A DNA stretch of 64,000 nt from Candidatus Kaiserbacteria bacterium RIFCSPHIGHO2_01_FULL_53_31 (GCA_001781095.1 MFKU01000005.1:3651-67650), one strand, 5' to 3'; positions 19,100 through 28,877 are shown, counted from the first letter of the stretch. Numbers and translations are program-made. Notes: generated by a model not told the origin, from the letters alone.

Positions 19100-19690
19100 A
19101 TGATTGGTAAGGTCATGTTGATTGCGGAGGTCAAAACACGGGCACCATCCGGGTGGAAGTCGGAGCTCAGTTGGGACGAGTTGTTTGCGATCGCCAATGG
19201 GTGCGAGTTTACGGACATGCTCTCAATTTTCATTGACTCTCGGTGGGGCGGGTCGCCAGAGCTTGTGGCAAAGGCTCGGAAGATGACTGACAAGCTCATC
19301 CTCGCCAAGGGAATGAACGATGACGAGACGTTGGTGGCGGAAGCATTTGATGCCGGAGCGAATTACGCGCTTGCAGTTGGACGCGTTCCGCTCGAGAATC
19401 CCCAACGCTTCCTGATCGAACCATACACACTGGAGGAACTTTGCGCGGTACCGCATCACCTCTACACGGTTTGGAATAGCCGCGACCTGCGTAAGCTCGA
19501 CCAACCCGAGAATCGCAAGTCGGAAACATTCGAACAGGCGCGGAAGGTATTTCCGGGGTGGCTCTGCCAGGCAAGCAACGTCTCGACCGTGCTCGATATC
19601 GATCCTGGCGCGAATGCCGTGCTTGTGGGCACACATCTGCCGACGTTCATTGAGTCGGCGCGCAGACTCAAGAAAGTAATGAGTTGGTGA
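19100..19690 (+). CDS. indole-3-glycerol-phosphate synthase (TrpC)-like TIM-barrel protein, short form
   Basis: IAEVKTRAPSGW, SIFIDSRWGGS and WNSRDL blocks align with the IGPS blocks ECKKASPSKG, SVLTDEKYFQGS and NNRDL; good SD GGAAGGGAGG. Confidence 0.6.
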   Translation: MIGKVMLIAEVKTRAPSGWKSELSWDELFAIANGCEFTDMLSIFIDSRWGGSPELVAKARKMTDKLILAKGMNDDETLVAEAFDAGANYALAVGRVPLENPQRFLIEPYTLEELCAVPHHLYTVWNSRDLRKLDQPENRKSETFEQARKVFPGWLCQASNVSTVLDIDPGANAVLVGTHLPTFIESARRLKKVMSW

Positions 19691-19769
19691 TCGCGACACC
19701 ATCTGTCCCTTTACAACATGAGAGCCGCACATGGGTGCGGCTCTTAGATTACGTGGCTTGTTAACGCTT

Positions 19770-20465
19770 TTATTTATTAACCGTGACGGAAACGATTTTG
19801 CCGTCGTCCATGTGGATAATTTTTTGTGCGAGACGTGCGTACTCGTCCTCGTGGGTGACCATGATGATCGTCTGTCCGGCGCGATGGAGATCCTGGAAGA
19901 TTCCCATTATGGTTCGAGAAGATTCATTATCAAGATTTGCGGTTGGCTCATCCGCGAAGAGAAGCTTCGGCTGATGCGCAACTGCGCGAGCTATTGATAC
20001 CCGTTGCTGCTCCCCGCCCGAGAGCTGGCTCGGCAGATTGTCGAGACGTTCTCCAAGCCGCACCTTCGTAAGCGCATCCTGCGCCTTCTGGTATGCGACG
20101 GCGCGCGGAACGCCCTGCATGAGAAGCGGCAGAGCCACATTTTCAAGCGCCGTCATCTCCGGCAAGAGCGCATAGTCCTGGAACACGAAGCCGAACTGGG
20201 CGAGGCGGAAATGCGTTTTTTCTTCGGCGCTCATAAGGTGCGTGTTGACGCCGTCAAACACGATTTCTCCGCTCGTCGGTTCGTCGAGTAAGCTCAATTG
20301 ATAGAGGAATGTACTCTTTCCGGCCCCTGAGCGGCCCATGATGGCGATGAATTCTCCGCTGCTCGCCTTGAAGGTGATGCCTTTCAGTACTCGTGTTTCG
20401 ACATCGCCTGCCTTAAAAACGCGTTCGAGGTTGGTGGTTTGGATCATAGGATTAATTACGACCAA
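19770..20465 (-). CDS. ABC transporter ATP-binding protein (MacB/LolD/FtsE type)
   Basis: Walker A GRSGAGKST; signature LSGGEQQRVSIARA; Walker B LLFADEPT. Confidence 0.9.
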   Translation of the reverse strand: MVVINPMIQTTNLERVFKAGDVETRVLKGITFKASSGEFIAIMGRSGAGKSTFLYQLSLLDEPTSGEIVFDGVNTHLMSAEEKTHFRLAQFGFVFQDYALLPEMTALENVALPLLMQGVPRAVAYQKAQDALTKVRLGERLDNLPSQLSGGEQQRVSIARAVAHQPKLLFADEPTANLDNESSRTIMGIFQDLHRAGQTIIMVTHEDEYARLAQKIIHMDDGKIVSVTVNK

Positions 20466-21717
20466 GAATAGAGTCGAGCGTATTCTTACGCACGATCATT
20501 CGGGCGGGGATGTAGCCGGCGACCAGCGTAGCGAGAATGAGAAGACCAACTCGGAAAAGCGTACCGTCGAGCGGCGCCACTAAAATACCGTCGGAAAAAG
20601 GGAAGTCAATTGGATGCTGCCCGATGAAAGGCACAAGAAAGCCGTACAATAGCACCAAGCCGATGACTGAACCGCAGACTGCATAGAATATGGATTGGAA
20701 AATGTAGGAGATCTCGATCGCGTGGCCATGGATGCCGATTCCCTTCAAAATGCCGATAAATTTCCGTCGCGTGATGGCATTGATGAAAATGACAATGAAG
20801 ATGGTAATGGATGACACGATCAGGCCGACTGAGCTGAAAACGCTTCCGAGCAAATTGAAGGTGTCGATGATGTCCTTCAGAAATTGCGGTTGAGCATCGG
20901 CGTACGTCTGCACCTTTGCATATCGATCGACACCGCTCCGTAGCAGCGTCTCGCGTAGAGAGAGAGGGTCGGCGCCGCCCACGAGCTTAATGGCAATTTG
21001 ATCGACATTACCGTCATTGCGGCCGATGAGACTGCGGAATTGGGAATCAATCATGTAGACGCTGCGAGTGATTTCGTCCACCTTACTCTTCAGGATTCCT
21101 TTCACGATGACTTCGCGCTTCACGCCTCCGACCGATATGCGAATCTTCGTTCCAAGGGACACATTATCGAGTGCCGAAAACCCGGGAGAATCCACTGGCA
21201 CGTATTGCTTGAGGAGGTATTGCCCAATAATCACCTGATCGTAGTCCCCGAGTGCAAGATAATCGCCTTCCGTAATTGAATGAGCAAGCCCAGTGACCGT
21301 GTTTTCATCAGTAGGATTGATACCGACGATTTGCGCTGCCGCAGTATTCGGCTTGTCCGTGTCCTTGCGCGTTTTATAGTTAGCTTCGAGAGTCGCGCCT
21401 TCTTGGTAGCGTGCCGTGATGTGTTCGACTTCGGGCAATGTTTTGAGAAGGGCGATGAGATTCGGACTATTTTCAATATATTTTTTGTCATTCAGTGTAG
21501 AGACGATGACGTCGCTCGTATACTCAGTCCGCGCAGCGTCAACGGCGCCTTGAATAAGACCGACAAGTATGCCGGAGACTACGACGAGATTGAGGAACGT
21601 GAGAACCATCACGAAGATTATCAGACCCGTCGTCCAGCCACTCGCCTGACGCACTTGCCGTAGCGCAAGATACCAACCGATGCGTATGTTGAGCGCAAGT
21701 TTAGGGAGCATACGCAA
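20452..21717 (-). CDS. ABC transporter permease, FtsX/MacB-like
   Basis: N-terminal TM, large periplasmic domain, and the C-terminal 3-TM FtsX-like bundle. Confidence 0.85.
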   Translation of the reverse strand: MRMLPKLALNIRIGWYLALRQVRQASGWTTGLIIFVMVLTFLNLVVVSGILVGLIQGAVDAARTEYTSDVIVSTLNDKKYIENSPNLIALLKTLPEVEHITARYQEGATLEANYKTRKDTDKPNTAAAQIVGINPTDENTVTGLAHSITEGDYLALGDYDQVIIGQYLLKQYVPVDSPGFSALDNVSLGTKIRISVGGVKREVIVKGILKSKVDEITRSVYMIDSQFRSLIGRNDGNVDQIAIKLVGGADPLSLRETLLRSGVDRYAKVQTYADAQPQFLKDIIDTFNLLGSVFSSVGLIVSSITIFIVIFINAITRRKFIGILKGIGIHGHAIEISYIFQSIFYAVCGSVIGLVLLYGFLVPFIGQHPIDFPFSDGILVAPLDGTLFRVGLLILATLVAGYIPARMIVRKNTLDSILGRN

Positions 21718-21729
21718 AATTCGACGACA

Positions 21730-23166
21730 CTAGTCGCTTGAAGAGAGAACGACGATATCACCTGCTTGTAAGCCCGATACGATCTCGATCTGTCCGAGAG
21801 AGGAAACGCTTCCGAGCATCACTTCGCGCTCGATCACCTGGTCGCCTTCTTTGACGAACACAAATTTCTTGCCATCGCGACTTCCCACGATCCCTTGGGG
21901 AACCATTACTACGCCCGATTTCTTCTTGGTTGTGATTGTAATATTTGCCGTCATACCCGCCCTGATTCGCACGTCGTACGTCGTGAATTCGAGTTTTATC
22001 CGATACGTCGAGACGCCATCGCGCACCGTTTCTGCTGGATCGATAAAAATCACCTTGGCGTCAAATGGCACATCGGCGCCATACGCATCAAGCGTGATAA
22101 CTGCCGGGTCGCCGACCTCGACGAAGGGAATATTGATCTCGGGGACATAACTTTCAACCTGGAGCGTCGCTTCACTGATGAGAGATACTGCAGGCGCATT
22201 CGCGGTCGCGATGCCGCCCAACTTCGCCTGTACGTCGGTAATCGTGCCAGTAAAAGGCGCGCGTATCGTCCGGTCAGCGATCTGTACCTGGATACGGCTG
22301 ACATTCGCTTCTGCTCGCGCAATCTCGGCTTCAGATACAGTCGTTATGCCTTTCGCACTGGCTACTTCAGCTTCGGCAGAACTGATCTCTTTATCACGCG
22401 TTCGCTGCGCATCTTGATAGGCATTGAAGTTCGCGCGATAGGAAGCGCTTTTAACGTTGGGGATGGTTATGTACCAGGTAGTCTCGCTGTAGGCAGAGAG
22501 TGCATCAGAAAACGTGAGGAAAAGGCCGTTTGAACCGAGTGGTGTCGCGTCGTCTTCCAAAATATCGATTGATGCCAGATCCTCCAGTCCGGTCGTGCGC
22601 AACTGGTAGTCGTTCATACCAAGCTGAGGTCCAGTTAAGACCCTTATTTTATAAATTCCTTCTTTACCGCGGTAGAGACCGGTAATGGTGGGCGGCGTTG
22701 CATCGACCGCTGACAAACTTGGCACGGCCTCCAAGTCGTCGGACAACATTTCGCGATACGCATTTTGTACGAGTGTATCCTGTTGTCTGCGGACCTCCTG
22801 CACATTCGCGGCTTTATTCGCGGCTTCAGCTTTCTTAAGCGCCAGGTCAGCATATGCGGCTTTGAGATCAGCACTGAGGGTACCGATAGAGAGGATCGCG
22901 AGGGCTTGACCGCGGGCGACCTTATCCCCGACGTGGACATAGATCGCATCTACGCGCCCTGTCTCGGCGAACGATAGGTCGACATCATCGGCCGCTACAA
23001 CGGTGCCGGATACTGATACCTCTTGGACAAACTCGCCCGGTTGTATGACTAGGGTCTGCGCGTCATTGCCACCGCTCTGTAGGTACGCAATGACGCTTCC
23101 CACGACAATAAGCGCGACAATAATCGAACCCAAAAATATCGGTTTCCTCTGTAAATATGATTTCAT
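21730..23166 (-). CDS. HlyD-family periplasmic adaptor / membrane fusion protein
   Basis: N-terminal TM, long coiled coil, C-terminal beta-barrel region ...IRAPFTGTITDV... Confidence 0.8.
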   Translation of the reverse strand: MKSYLQRKPIFLGSIIVALIVVGSVIAYLQSGGNDAQTLVIQPGEFVQEVSVSGTVVAADDVDLSFAETGRVDAIYVHVGDKVARGQALAILSIGTLSADLKAAYADLALKKAEAANKAANVQEVRRQQDTLVQNAYREMLSDDLEAVPSLSAVDATPPTITGLYRGKEGIYKIRVLTGPQLGMNDYQLRTTGLEDLASIDILEDDATPLGSNGLFLTFSDALSAYSETTWYITIPNVKSASYRANFNAYQDAQRTRDKEISSAEAEVASAKGITTVSEAEIARAEANVSRIQVQIADRTIRAPFTGTITDVQAKLGGIATANAPAVSLISEATLQVESYVPEINIPFVEVGDPAVITLDAYGADVPFDAKVIFIDPAETVRDGVSTYRIKLEFTTYDVRIRAGMTANITITTKKKSGVVMVPQGIVGSRDGKKFVFVKEGDQVIEREVMLGSVSSLGQIEIVSGLQAGDIVVLSSSD

Positions 23167-23490
23167 ATAATGCTAAAACGCGTTCTCAAGCATTCACAGC
23201 CAACTGCTGCATGATGACCGCAGTATAATACAGTGCGAGCGTCTTATCAAGTCGTCGCCGAAGTCATTTGTGACCCGAAGCACCCTGCCGACAAGATGGC
23301 AAATGCACCCGGGGTTTTCTCCGTGAGAATGGGCTTCGCAGCTCTTCACTCGCACGCGCTTCCTAACGAGGTTCTCGTACGCTTTCATCCGACCCTCCTT
23401 CCCGTCTCTCTCGTTCTCTGTCGCAGTTATAGCACACATTTGACGATGCTCTGTTCTGTGGTTGCAGTTCTCTACACATTACAAAATGAG

Positions 23491-23525
23491 CCGCCTGACA
23501 GAGCCGAGTGGCTCTGTCAGGCGTT
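23491..23525 (-). terminator. palindromic terminator hairpin (CCGCCTGACAGAGCC-gagt-GGCTCTGTCAGGCG) + ATTTTGT on the minus strand; repeated-family member
   Basis: 13-bp perfect stem; follows the GNAT gene end. Confidence 0.5.
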
Positions 23526-23617
23526 CGCAATCAGCGGTGCAAATCCGCAATGTCCGCGAGTAGCTGCGGTCTCGTTACGCGCACGGGACTACGCGATAAC
23601 CTGTTCCATCGTGAAGA

Positions 23618-24088
23618 TCATCTCTCTTCCGTTTGTAATTTGCGAGACATTACGAGACGCGGCGAGCTGCTCTTCCCGTGATCCTCGAGCCTGCCGGTCA
23701 CGACGAACCCGTGGCGTTCGTAGAGTTGCCGTGCTCGGTTTTGCTCATGCGTCCGTAGGCTCATCGTGCAGGCTCCGGCTCGACGCATCTTTGCGACGAT
23801 TGTTCGCAGTACATCGCCTCCGATCCCGTGCCCTTGATACGTGGGCTCGATCGCGATCTCGGCGAGGTATGCGTGCTTCCCTGGAAGCATCTGGACCTGA
23901 ACCAATCCAACATTTTTGGTCTCGTACAGGACCATCCAGACGAGTGCCAGTGGATTCTCGATCTCCTTTCTCGCCTCGTCCACATTCGTGGTGACCAGAT
24001 TAATAGGGGACTCAACGCTGCGCTCAATGCGTACATAGTCGTCTGCGTCTCGAGCGGTCGCTCGTTTCAGCCGTACCTTCGCTTTCAT
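23618..24088 (-). CDS. GNAT family N-acetyltransferase
   Basis: QGHGIGGDVLRTIVAKMRRAGACTMSL...NRARQLYERHGF (motifs A/B). Confidence 0.8.
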   Translation of the reverse strand: MKAKVRLKRATARDADDYVRIERSVESPINLVTTNVDEARKEIENPLALVWMVLYETKNVGLVQVQMLPGKHAYLAEIAIEPTYQGHGIGGDVLRTIVAKMRRAGACTMSLRTHEQNRARQLYERHGFVVTGRLEDHGKSSSPRLVMSRKLQTEER

Positions 24089-24195
24089 CCAGGCTCCCTC
24101 CTTCCACGGACATTATATCATCAAAAACACAAATGTCACCGCATACGGTACGCCAGTGGGTGGACGGCGGCCATTCGTTTCTCGGGAATGATGTT

Positions 24196-24627
24196 CTATT
24201 GTTGGTTGAGATCAATCCTCTTTTGTATTTGCTGGTCTTTTATTATCTGAACGGAAGGCAACTTGCTTTGTGGCGGAACTGCGTATCCTGTAGGGAAGCG
24301 ATTTGTATTAAAGAAGATGTCGAAGCTCCCGACGGGCACTTTTGAGAAAGTCGCCACGCCATTTGCATCAGTGACGGTGTAGCTCATCGAACCCGTAGGG
24401 CCATTTGCGCCAACTGTACCCAGGTCGACTTCAACATCAGAAAGGGGTTGTCCCTTGCCGTAAACTAGAACCGTCAATGAGCCGAAATCCGTCGATCCTA
24501 TTATTAAATTATCAGAGGTCACAGGTGCAGGCCCAACACTAAATAAACTTGGTGCGTACTTGAATATGCCGAGGGCAACTCCTAGCAAAACTACTGCAAC
24601 GAGGAATCCTATAGTGCTGTTTTTCAT
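24196..24627 (-). CDS. secreted protein with transthyretin/CarboxypepD_reg-like beta-sandwich
   Basis: Signal peptide; ...VEVDLG...YTVTDANGVATF...VPVGSFDI. Confidence 0.5.
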   Translation of the reverse strand: MKNSTIGFLVAVVLLGVALGIFKYAPSLFSVGPAPVTSDNLIIGSTDFGSLTVLVYGKGQPLSDVEVDLGTVGANGPTGSMSYTVTDANGVATFSKVPVGSFDIFFNTNRFPTGYAVPPQSKLPSVQIIKDQQIQKRIDLNQQ

Positions 24628-24719
24628 ATGCTCACTCTATCATACGATCATAGAGTCCAGGGTGTCCTTTCTTATTCCAGTGGCGGGTAGTATAGTGCTT
24701 GCGGAAGGAGGTGATACAC

Positions 24720-25418
24720 GTGATCGGGATGAAGAATTTCCAAGTCGGGCAGTTCTTTGAAGATGTCGGGCATGCTCTTATTGGTGGCGAGCTCACAAGA
24801 CACGAGGATGGAGACATAGTGCTCTGGGACGCGTCGGCTACTATCGAAGTCAAGGCGTCAGGTCTTCAGTCGAGCTATGGGTATCGATTGGATATTGACC
24901 AGATCGATCGATATGGGGAGCTATCGGCATTTCCATTCGATCGGGCATGGTACATGTTTTTTGCGTACAACAACCCGTCAGTGCGTAACGAAAAAGGAGG
25001 ACGTTCGAGCGCATTGTCGAGACACAGTGACCGCGTCGAAGTGAATCGCTATTTGGCTCGAGCGGTCTCGTGGTTTGTGCTCCTCGACCATTCCATCGTT
25101 GCTCAGTGGCGAGCACTGCGACGCGTTTCGACAAAGAGCGTGATGGGGCACCTCGGGACAAAGACAGTCGACGTGAGGTGTCGAGAGGTTCACAGCCTTG
25201 CGAATGGCGGCTTCGCTACCGGTCTCACTGAGCTCGACCTCGATCCTGCGCAATTTGCCGTGATGGACAGCAAAGTCGACATCGTGGTCGACACTGATCT
25301 TTTCGAGAAGTACCGAATGAGATTCCCGATTACAGTCGTCACACCCGTGAAGGAAATAAAACATATTAAAAAAGCTTTACGGGTGCACAGCGGTATCGAG
25401 CTGTTGAGCCGAAGTTGA
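24720..25418 (+). CDS. hypothetical protein with a PD-(D/E)xK nuclease-like motif
   Basis: GDIVLWDASATIEVKAS (D...E-x-K on adjacent predicted strands); the GGAAGGAGGTG SD lies inside the ORF-track N-terminus, so the start is moved to the GTG/ATG downstream. Confidence 0.45.
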   Translation: MIGMKNFQVGQFFEDVGHALIGGELTRHEDGDIVLWDASATIEVKASGLQSSYGYRLDIDQIDRYGELSAFPFDRAWYMFFAYNNPSVRNEKGGRSSALSRHSDRVEVNRYLARAVSWFVLLDHSIVAQWRALRRVSTKSVMGHLGTKTVDVRCREVHSLANGGFATGLTELDLDPAQFAVMDSKVDIVVDTDLFEKYRMRFPITVVTPVKEIKHIKKALRVHSGIELLSRS

Positions 25419-25557
25419 ACCCGTCGCGGAAATGGCAATCGCGGCGAGTTTTGTCATTTTTTTAAATTGGACATGAAAACGAAAAGACCATCCACAGAAT
25501 GAACAGTCTCTTCGCTGTTTCGATGGACGGTCACGATTACTGTTTTCGGCGTCAATT

Positions 25558-25878
25558 TTACTTTGAGGTTGCTGACTGCCGACCCGCGATGAAGATGTCT
25601 CGGAGTAGTTGTAGAACAAAAATGGGCTCTGGGACATCTCGCCGATCGTCAGCTTCATACGCGAGCTCAACTACCGAAGCCAGCGCACGTACCGCTGGGT
25701 CGTCAACGGCCATTGGTATGAACGCGACCACCCTCTCCCCGTTGCCTGCGTGAGCTGCTTCTAGCCGCACTTCCTCCTTCGTATTGAAGAGGGAATCCAT
25801 GTGGACCACAATACGCTCGGGCAAACTTTTCCTTGGATCTCCCTCATACACAATCAGATTCTTCAACATGCTGGTCAC
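25558..25878 (-). CDS. hypothetical protein (106 aa)
   Basis: Strong SD GGAGGTGA 6 nt before the ATG; the overlapping 25377..25670 ORF in another frame may be an artefact or a frameshifted continuation. Confidence 0.5.
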   Translation of the reverse strand: MTSMLKNLIVYEGDPRKSLPERIVVHMDSLFNTKEEVRLEAAHAGNGERVVAFIPMAVDDPAVRALASVVELAYEADDRRDVPEPIFVLQLLRDIFIAGRQSATSK

Positions 25879-26114
25879 CTCCTCTGACTTCAGAGTAGTA
25901 CATTAACAAAGAAATGTCAAATTACTCGTACTCCCGTTCGGCTGTTTTACGAATTTCATTGAATCTATCCGTTGGTGGGGATTAGCATAGAAACGGTGCG
26001 GAGGTTGCGGTAGCTGAGCGCTGAATGATATGCACAATATAATACACGAAGTTCATGTTTGCTGTAAATGTTTCTTCATAAGAACGGCATAGATAGTGAA
26101 TTAATATATTTCGT

Positions 26115-26381
26115 ATGAAACACGCAGAGATAAAGAGTAACAAGAAGGTAGCGAAAACGGCACGGGACGCAGTGCTGAACGTGGCAGATCGCGTTCAAAA
26201 CCTTAAAGAAAAGACATGGCGGGCGTGGGAAGAGTCAAAGCCGCGTCAACAAAAGATCAAGGAGAATTTGAGGGTAGCTGGCGAGAAGGTCGTCGCTTTC
26301 GGGAAAGACGTCGGCACGGGCTTCAAAGAAGGCATAGCTGAAGTCCAAAAAAGGAATAAGAAAAGAGGCGCTAGTGTTTAG
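26115..26381 (+). CDS. small lysine-rich helical hypothetical protein
   Basis: 88 aa, amphipathic/basic; no motif. Confidence 0.45.
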   Translation: MKHAEIKSNKKVAKTARDAVLNVADRVQNLKEKTWRAWEESKPRQQKIKENLRVAGEKVVAFGKDVGTGFKEGIAEVQKRNKKRGASV

Positions 26382-26439
26382 TTCTCTGGCGTGGGCAATC
26401 TGCCGGTGGGCAGGAAGTGTGTTCGAACCTGTACATGAA

Positions 26440-26473
26440 AAGACAAAGCCCCGGTTGAGGGACTTTGTCTTGG
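26440..26473 (-). terminator. hairpin (GACAAAGCCCC-ggttga-GGGACTTTGTC) + TTTTCATG on the minus strand
   Basis: Follows the minus-strand gene ending at 26492. Confidence 0.4.
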
Positions 26474-26491
26474 AACGAGACTGAGTCTTGC

Positions 26492-26737
26492 TTAGCCCTG
26501 GCAATCCGTATTCGAGTTGTTATAGCCCGTGGCTCCCACATCCTGACCGACTGCTCCGTCGTGATATCCCGGCGTTCCGCCCAACGCACCGAGCCATCCG
26601 AAATTACCATTTACATTGGCAAACGCACCATGAGTCGCACCACATGGAGCTGGGGCTGCAAATGCCGTAGCAGCCAACGAACCGAATAAAAGGGCACTTG
26701 CGCCCGCACCCAGAAGAACTTTCTTAAGTGTTCTCAT
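26492..26737 (-). CDS. small secreted Gly-rich peptide with two Cys
   Basis: Start at MRTLKKVLLGAGASALLFGSLAATAFA (Sec signal); the mature part is Gly-rich with Cys near both ends. Confidence 0.5.
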   Translation of the reverse strand: MRTLKKVLLGAGASALLFGSLAATAFAAPAPCGATHGAFANVNGNFGWLGALGGTPGYHDGAVGQDVGATGYNNSNTDCQG

Positions 26738-26869
26738 ATGTCGGTAAATATTATCGGTTAAGTTTTCAGTGTACACCTCGTGTCAGAAGCTATGATGAAG
26801 GAGGGGATGTGCGAGAGTAAAAATATAAAAAGAAAGCCCGCCCCCCGGCGCGAGACGAAAGGGTCGGCG

Positions 26870-27184
26870 CTAGGAGCGGGCCGCGAGCGCATACGGCATA
26901 AAGTAGTGTTCCATGTCCTCTAGGGTGCTGCCATATTCTGTCCCGCCAAGCACTGCATCAGAAAATACTTCCTTGGCGATGGCGAGCTCATCTAATCTGC
27001 CTTTCCACCGCTGGTCTCGTTGGGTGAGGTCAATAAGCATCAATGCTTGCTCGACTGCATGGTCAAAGCGCTGTGGGTCCTTGCCGTGCCACTTTGCCGC
27101 ACGACCAACCTCAGAGCCAATGTTGCCGAGTTGCTCCATGAGCGTGAATCTCGACCACGATTGTTGGATGCCGGAAACGGTCAT
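26870..27184 (-). CDS. possible MazG-like all-alpha NTP pyrophosphohydrolase
   Basis: LMEQLGNIGSEVGRAAKW resembles the MazG EExxE/GEL helix; weak. Confidence 0.35.
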   Translation of the reverse strand: MTVSGIQQSWSRFTLMEQLGNIGSEVGRAAKWHGKDPQRFDHAVEQALMLIDLTQRDQRWKGRLDELAIAKEVFSDAVLGGTEYGSTLEDMEHYFMPYALAARS

Positions 27185-27555
27185 GTCGATGACACACGCT
27201 TGTTCACAACCTCACGTATTGCTGCCTGTATGGCAAGATCCTCCACCGTTCTCGTTCGATTCCCGTACAGTGGTTTCAGGTTAACCATGGAATCAAATTC
27301 AATAAAGTCATTCCCAGTTTTGTCAAGCAGGAGATTAATTCCCCATGTGTCTTGGCGTTTCGAATCATGCTGCTCTATCAGAAGCTTTTCGATTTCAGAG
27401 TGGAACTCGCCACCAACCCCGATGATTCCTTGCGGCACGTCTACCACTGCCTTGATCGTGTCACCGTAGTACTCGTGCGCGAGCACTTTAAGCTCAGCGA
27501 GGCTGATGCGGTCAGTGACAATTCTGGTTTCTGCCATGGTCTCATTATCATACAC
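27181..27555 (-). CDS. hypothetical protein (124 aa), translationally coupled to the downstream gene
   Basis: Stop/start ATGA overlap with 26870..27184; no motif. Confidence 0.5.
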   Translation of the reverse strand: MYDNETMAETRIVTDRISLAELKVLAHEYYGDTIKAVVDVPQGIIGVGGEFHSEIEKLLIEQHDSKRQDTWGINLLLDKTGNDFIEFDSMVNLKPLYGNRTRTVEDLAIQAAIREVVNKRVSST

Positions 27556-27875
27556 TTTGTAGTAAAGTGCGAATCAACTGAGTATTCTGAAAGGAGGGAA
27601 AGGCGGAAAAAGGGACAGGCCCCATTGTTTAGGAATTTCCATGTTGTAATTCGGAAACAATGTACTAAAGAGGAAACCATTAGACCACACGAAAACCTAA
27701 AGAATGGTGACTGTCCCCATTATTCCATCACCCGCCATTACCCCGCTGGGTGCTTGCCCTTCGAAGTGCTTCACGAAGCAAGGGAGGATGTTCGAACCTT
27801 AATACAAAAAAGAAAGCCACCACTCCGATGAGGAAGCAGTAAGCTTTCCTTTATGAGTGGTGGGCTTGTTGTGTG

Positions 27876-28640
27876 TTATGCCAGGAGACCACGCTCGAGA
27901 CCATACCGAACTGCTTCGGCAGGATCCTTTCGTACCTTGTCCTCGAGCTGCCGTCGTACTCGGCGGACCTGTTCGGGAGGATACGCTTTACGGAGGATCA
28001 TCAGCAACGGTCGACGGGTGTAGCTCCTCCCGAAGTATTGACCCGTGAGTCCGTACTCTTTGCGGAGCTTACGCCGCTTTGTGCGAACGATCTCGTCCGC
28101 CTCTCGTTCGGCTCGCTTCTTTTCGGGCGGATCACCTTTCCAAATCCACCCGTAGGGGAGTGGCTCACTAAACTTCACCCAGACTGGAGTAAAGCGGACC
28201 CGATACACCCATCCGTTACAGGACAGGATGCGATTCGTGAGGGACTCGGTCAACTGAAATTGCGACACGAGTGAATCCCAAAGCGAATCGTCATCGACTC
28301 TCTCTTCAGGCAGCGGTGGAGGGTTGTCTGCATCGTACAGCATGAGATTCGCAACATGTTGCTCGATGAAGTTCTCTCTTTCGCGATATTGCGAGATGAT
28401 ATAGTGCCCTCCGTCGCGATCGGGTTTAGCCTCCCGTAGGAAGGGAATCTTGAGATCGAGCTTGTTCGCTTCGATCAAGTCGAGGATGGGCCTGATGCCG
28501 CCCCATCTGTCATGTCCCCAATGAGGCGCAAGACGCCAACCACTCAAGAGGCTGTCGCGGTGAGCATTGGCGACTCGCTCTGGTACGTATAGTACCCAGC
28601 CGCGGGTCCGTAATTGGTCAAAGAACTGTGTTTTGTTCAT
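27876..28640 (-). CDS. hypothetical protein (254 aa) with a basic C-terminal tail
   Basis: Start set at MNKTQFF with SD AAAGGGAGA; C-terminal KRAEREADEIVRTKRRKLRKEYG; no recognised family. Confidence 0.5.
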   Translation of the reverse strand: MNKTQFFDQLRTRGWVLYVPERVANAHRDSLLSGWRLAPHWGHDRWGGIRPILDLIEANKLDLKIPFLREAKPDRDGGHYIISQYRERENFIEQHVANLMLYDADNPPPLPEERVDDDSLWDSLVSQFQLTESLTNRILSCNGWVYRVRFTPVWVKFSEPLPYGWIWKGDPPEKKRAEREADEIVRTKRRKLRKEYGLTGQYFGRSYTRRPLLMILRKAYPPEQVRRVRRQLEDKVRKDPAEAVRYGLERGLLA

Positions 28641-28877
28641 ACATCTCCCTTTGCTGTGCTTTTGTCCTTTCGGACGCAGCATTGCAGGATCACGTGTGGT
28701 CACTGGTTCGTCCACACCAACCAAAGCTCTGGCGTCTTTATACCACACCAATCAAAATCTGTCAGCTCCGCTGGCTGCTGTGCCCGTCCGTAGTTTCTGA
28801 ACGGAGGAGGGGATGACCCGTCTTGTTGGAGCAAAGCCGAGGCGGATGTTCAAACCTGTTTTTGCTATACTTAAACC

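Noticed and set aside
21895-22533. 212-aa plus-strand ORF
   Set aside because: Antisense to the HlyD-family adaptor gene; Arg-rich.
23233-23994. 253-aa plus-strand ORF
   Set aside because: Spans an intergenic region and the antisense of the GNAT gene; Arg/Ser-rich composition.
25377-25670. 97-aa ORF overlapping the 25558..25878 gene in another frame
   Set aside because: Ser/Gln-rich and no SD; it could be a frameshifted continuation, but the data cannot decide.
26380-26460. Possible tRNA (T-loop-like GTTCGAACC)
   Set aside because: No acceptor/D/anticodon stems can be paired on either strand; it is part of the repeated motif instead.
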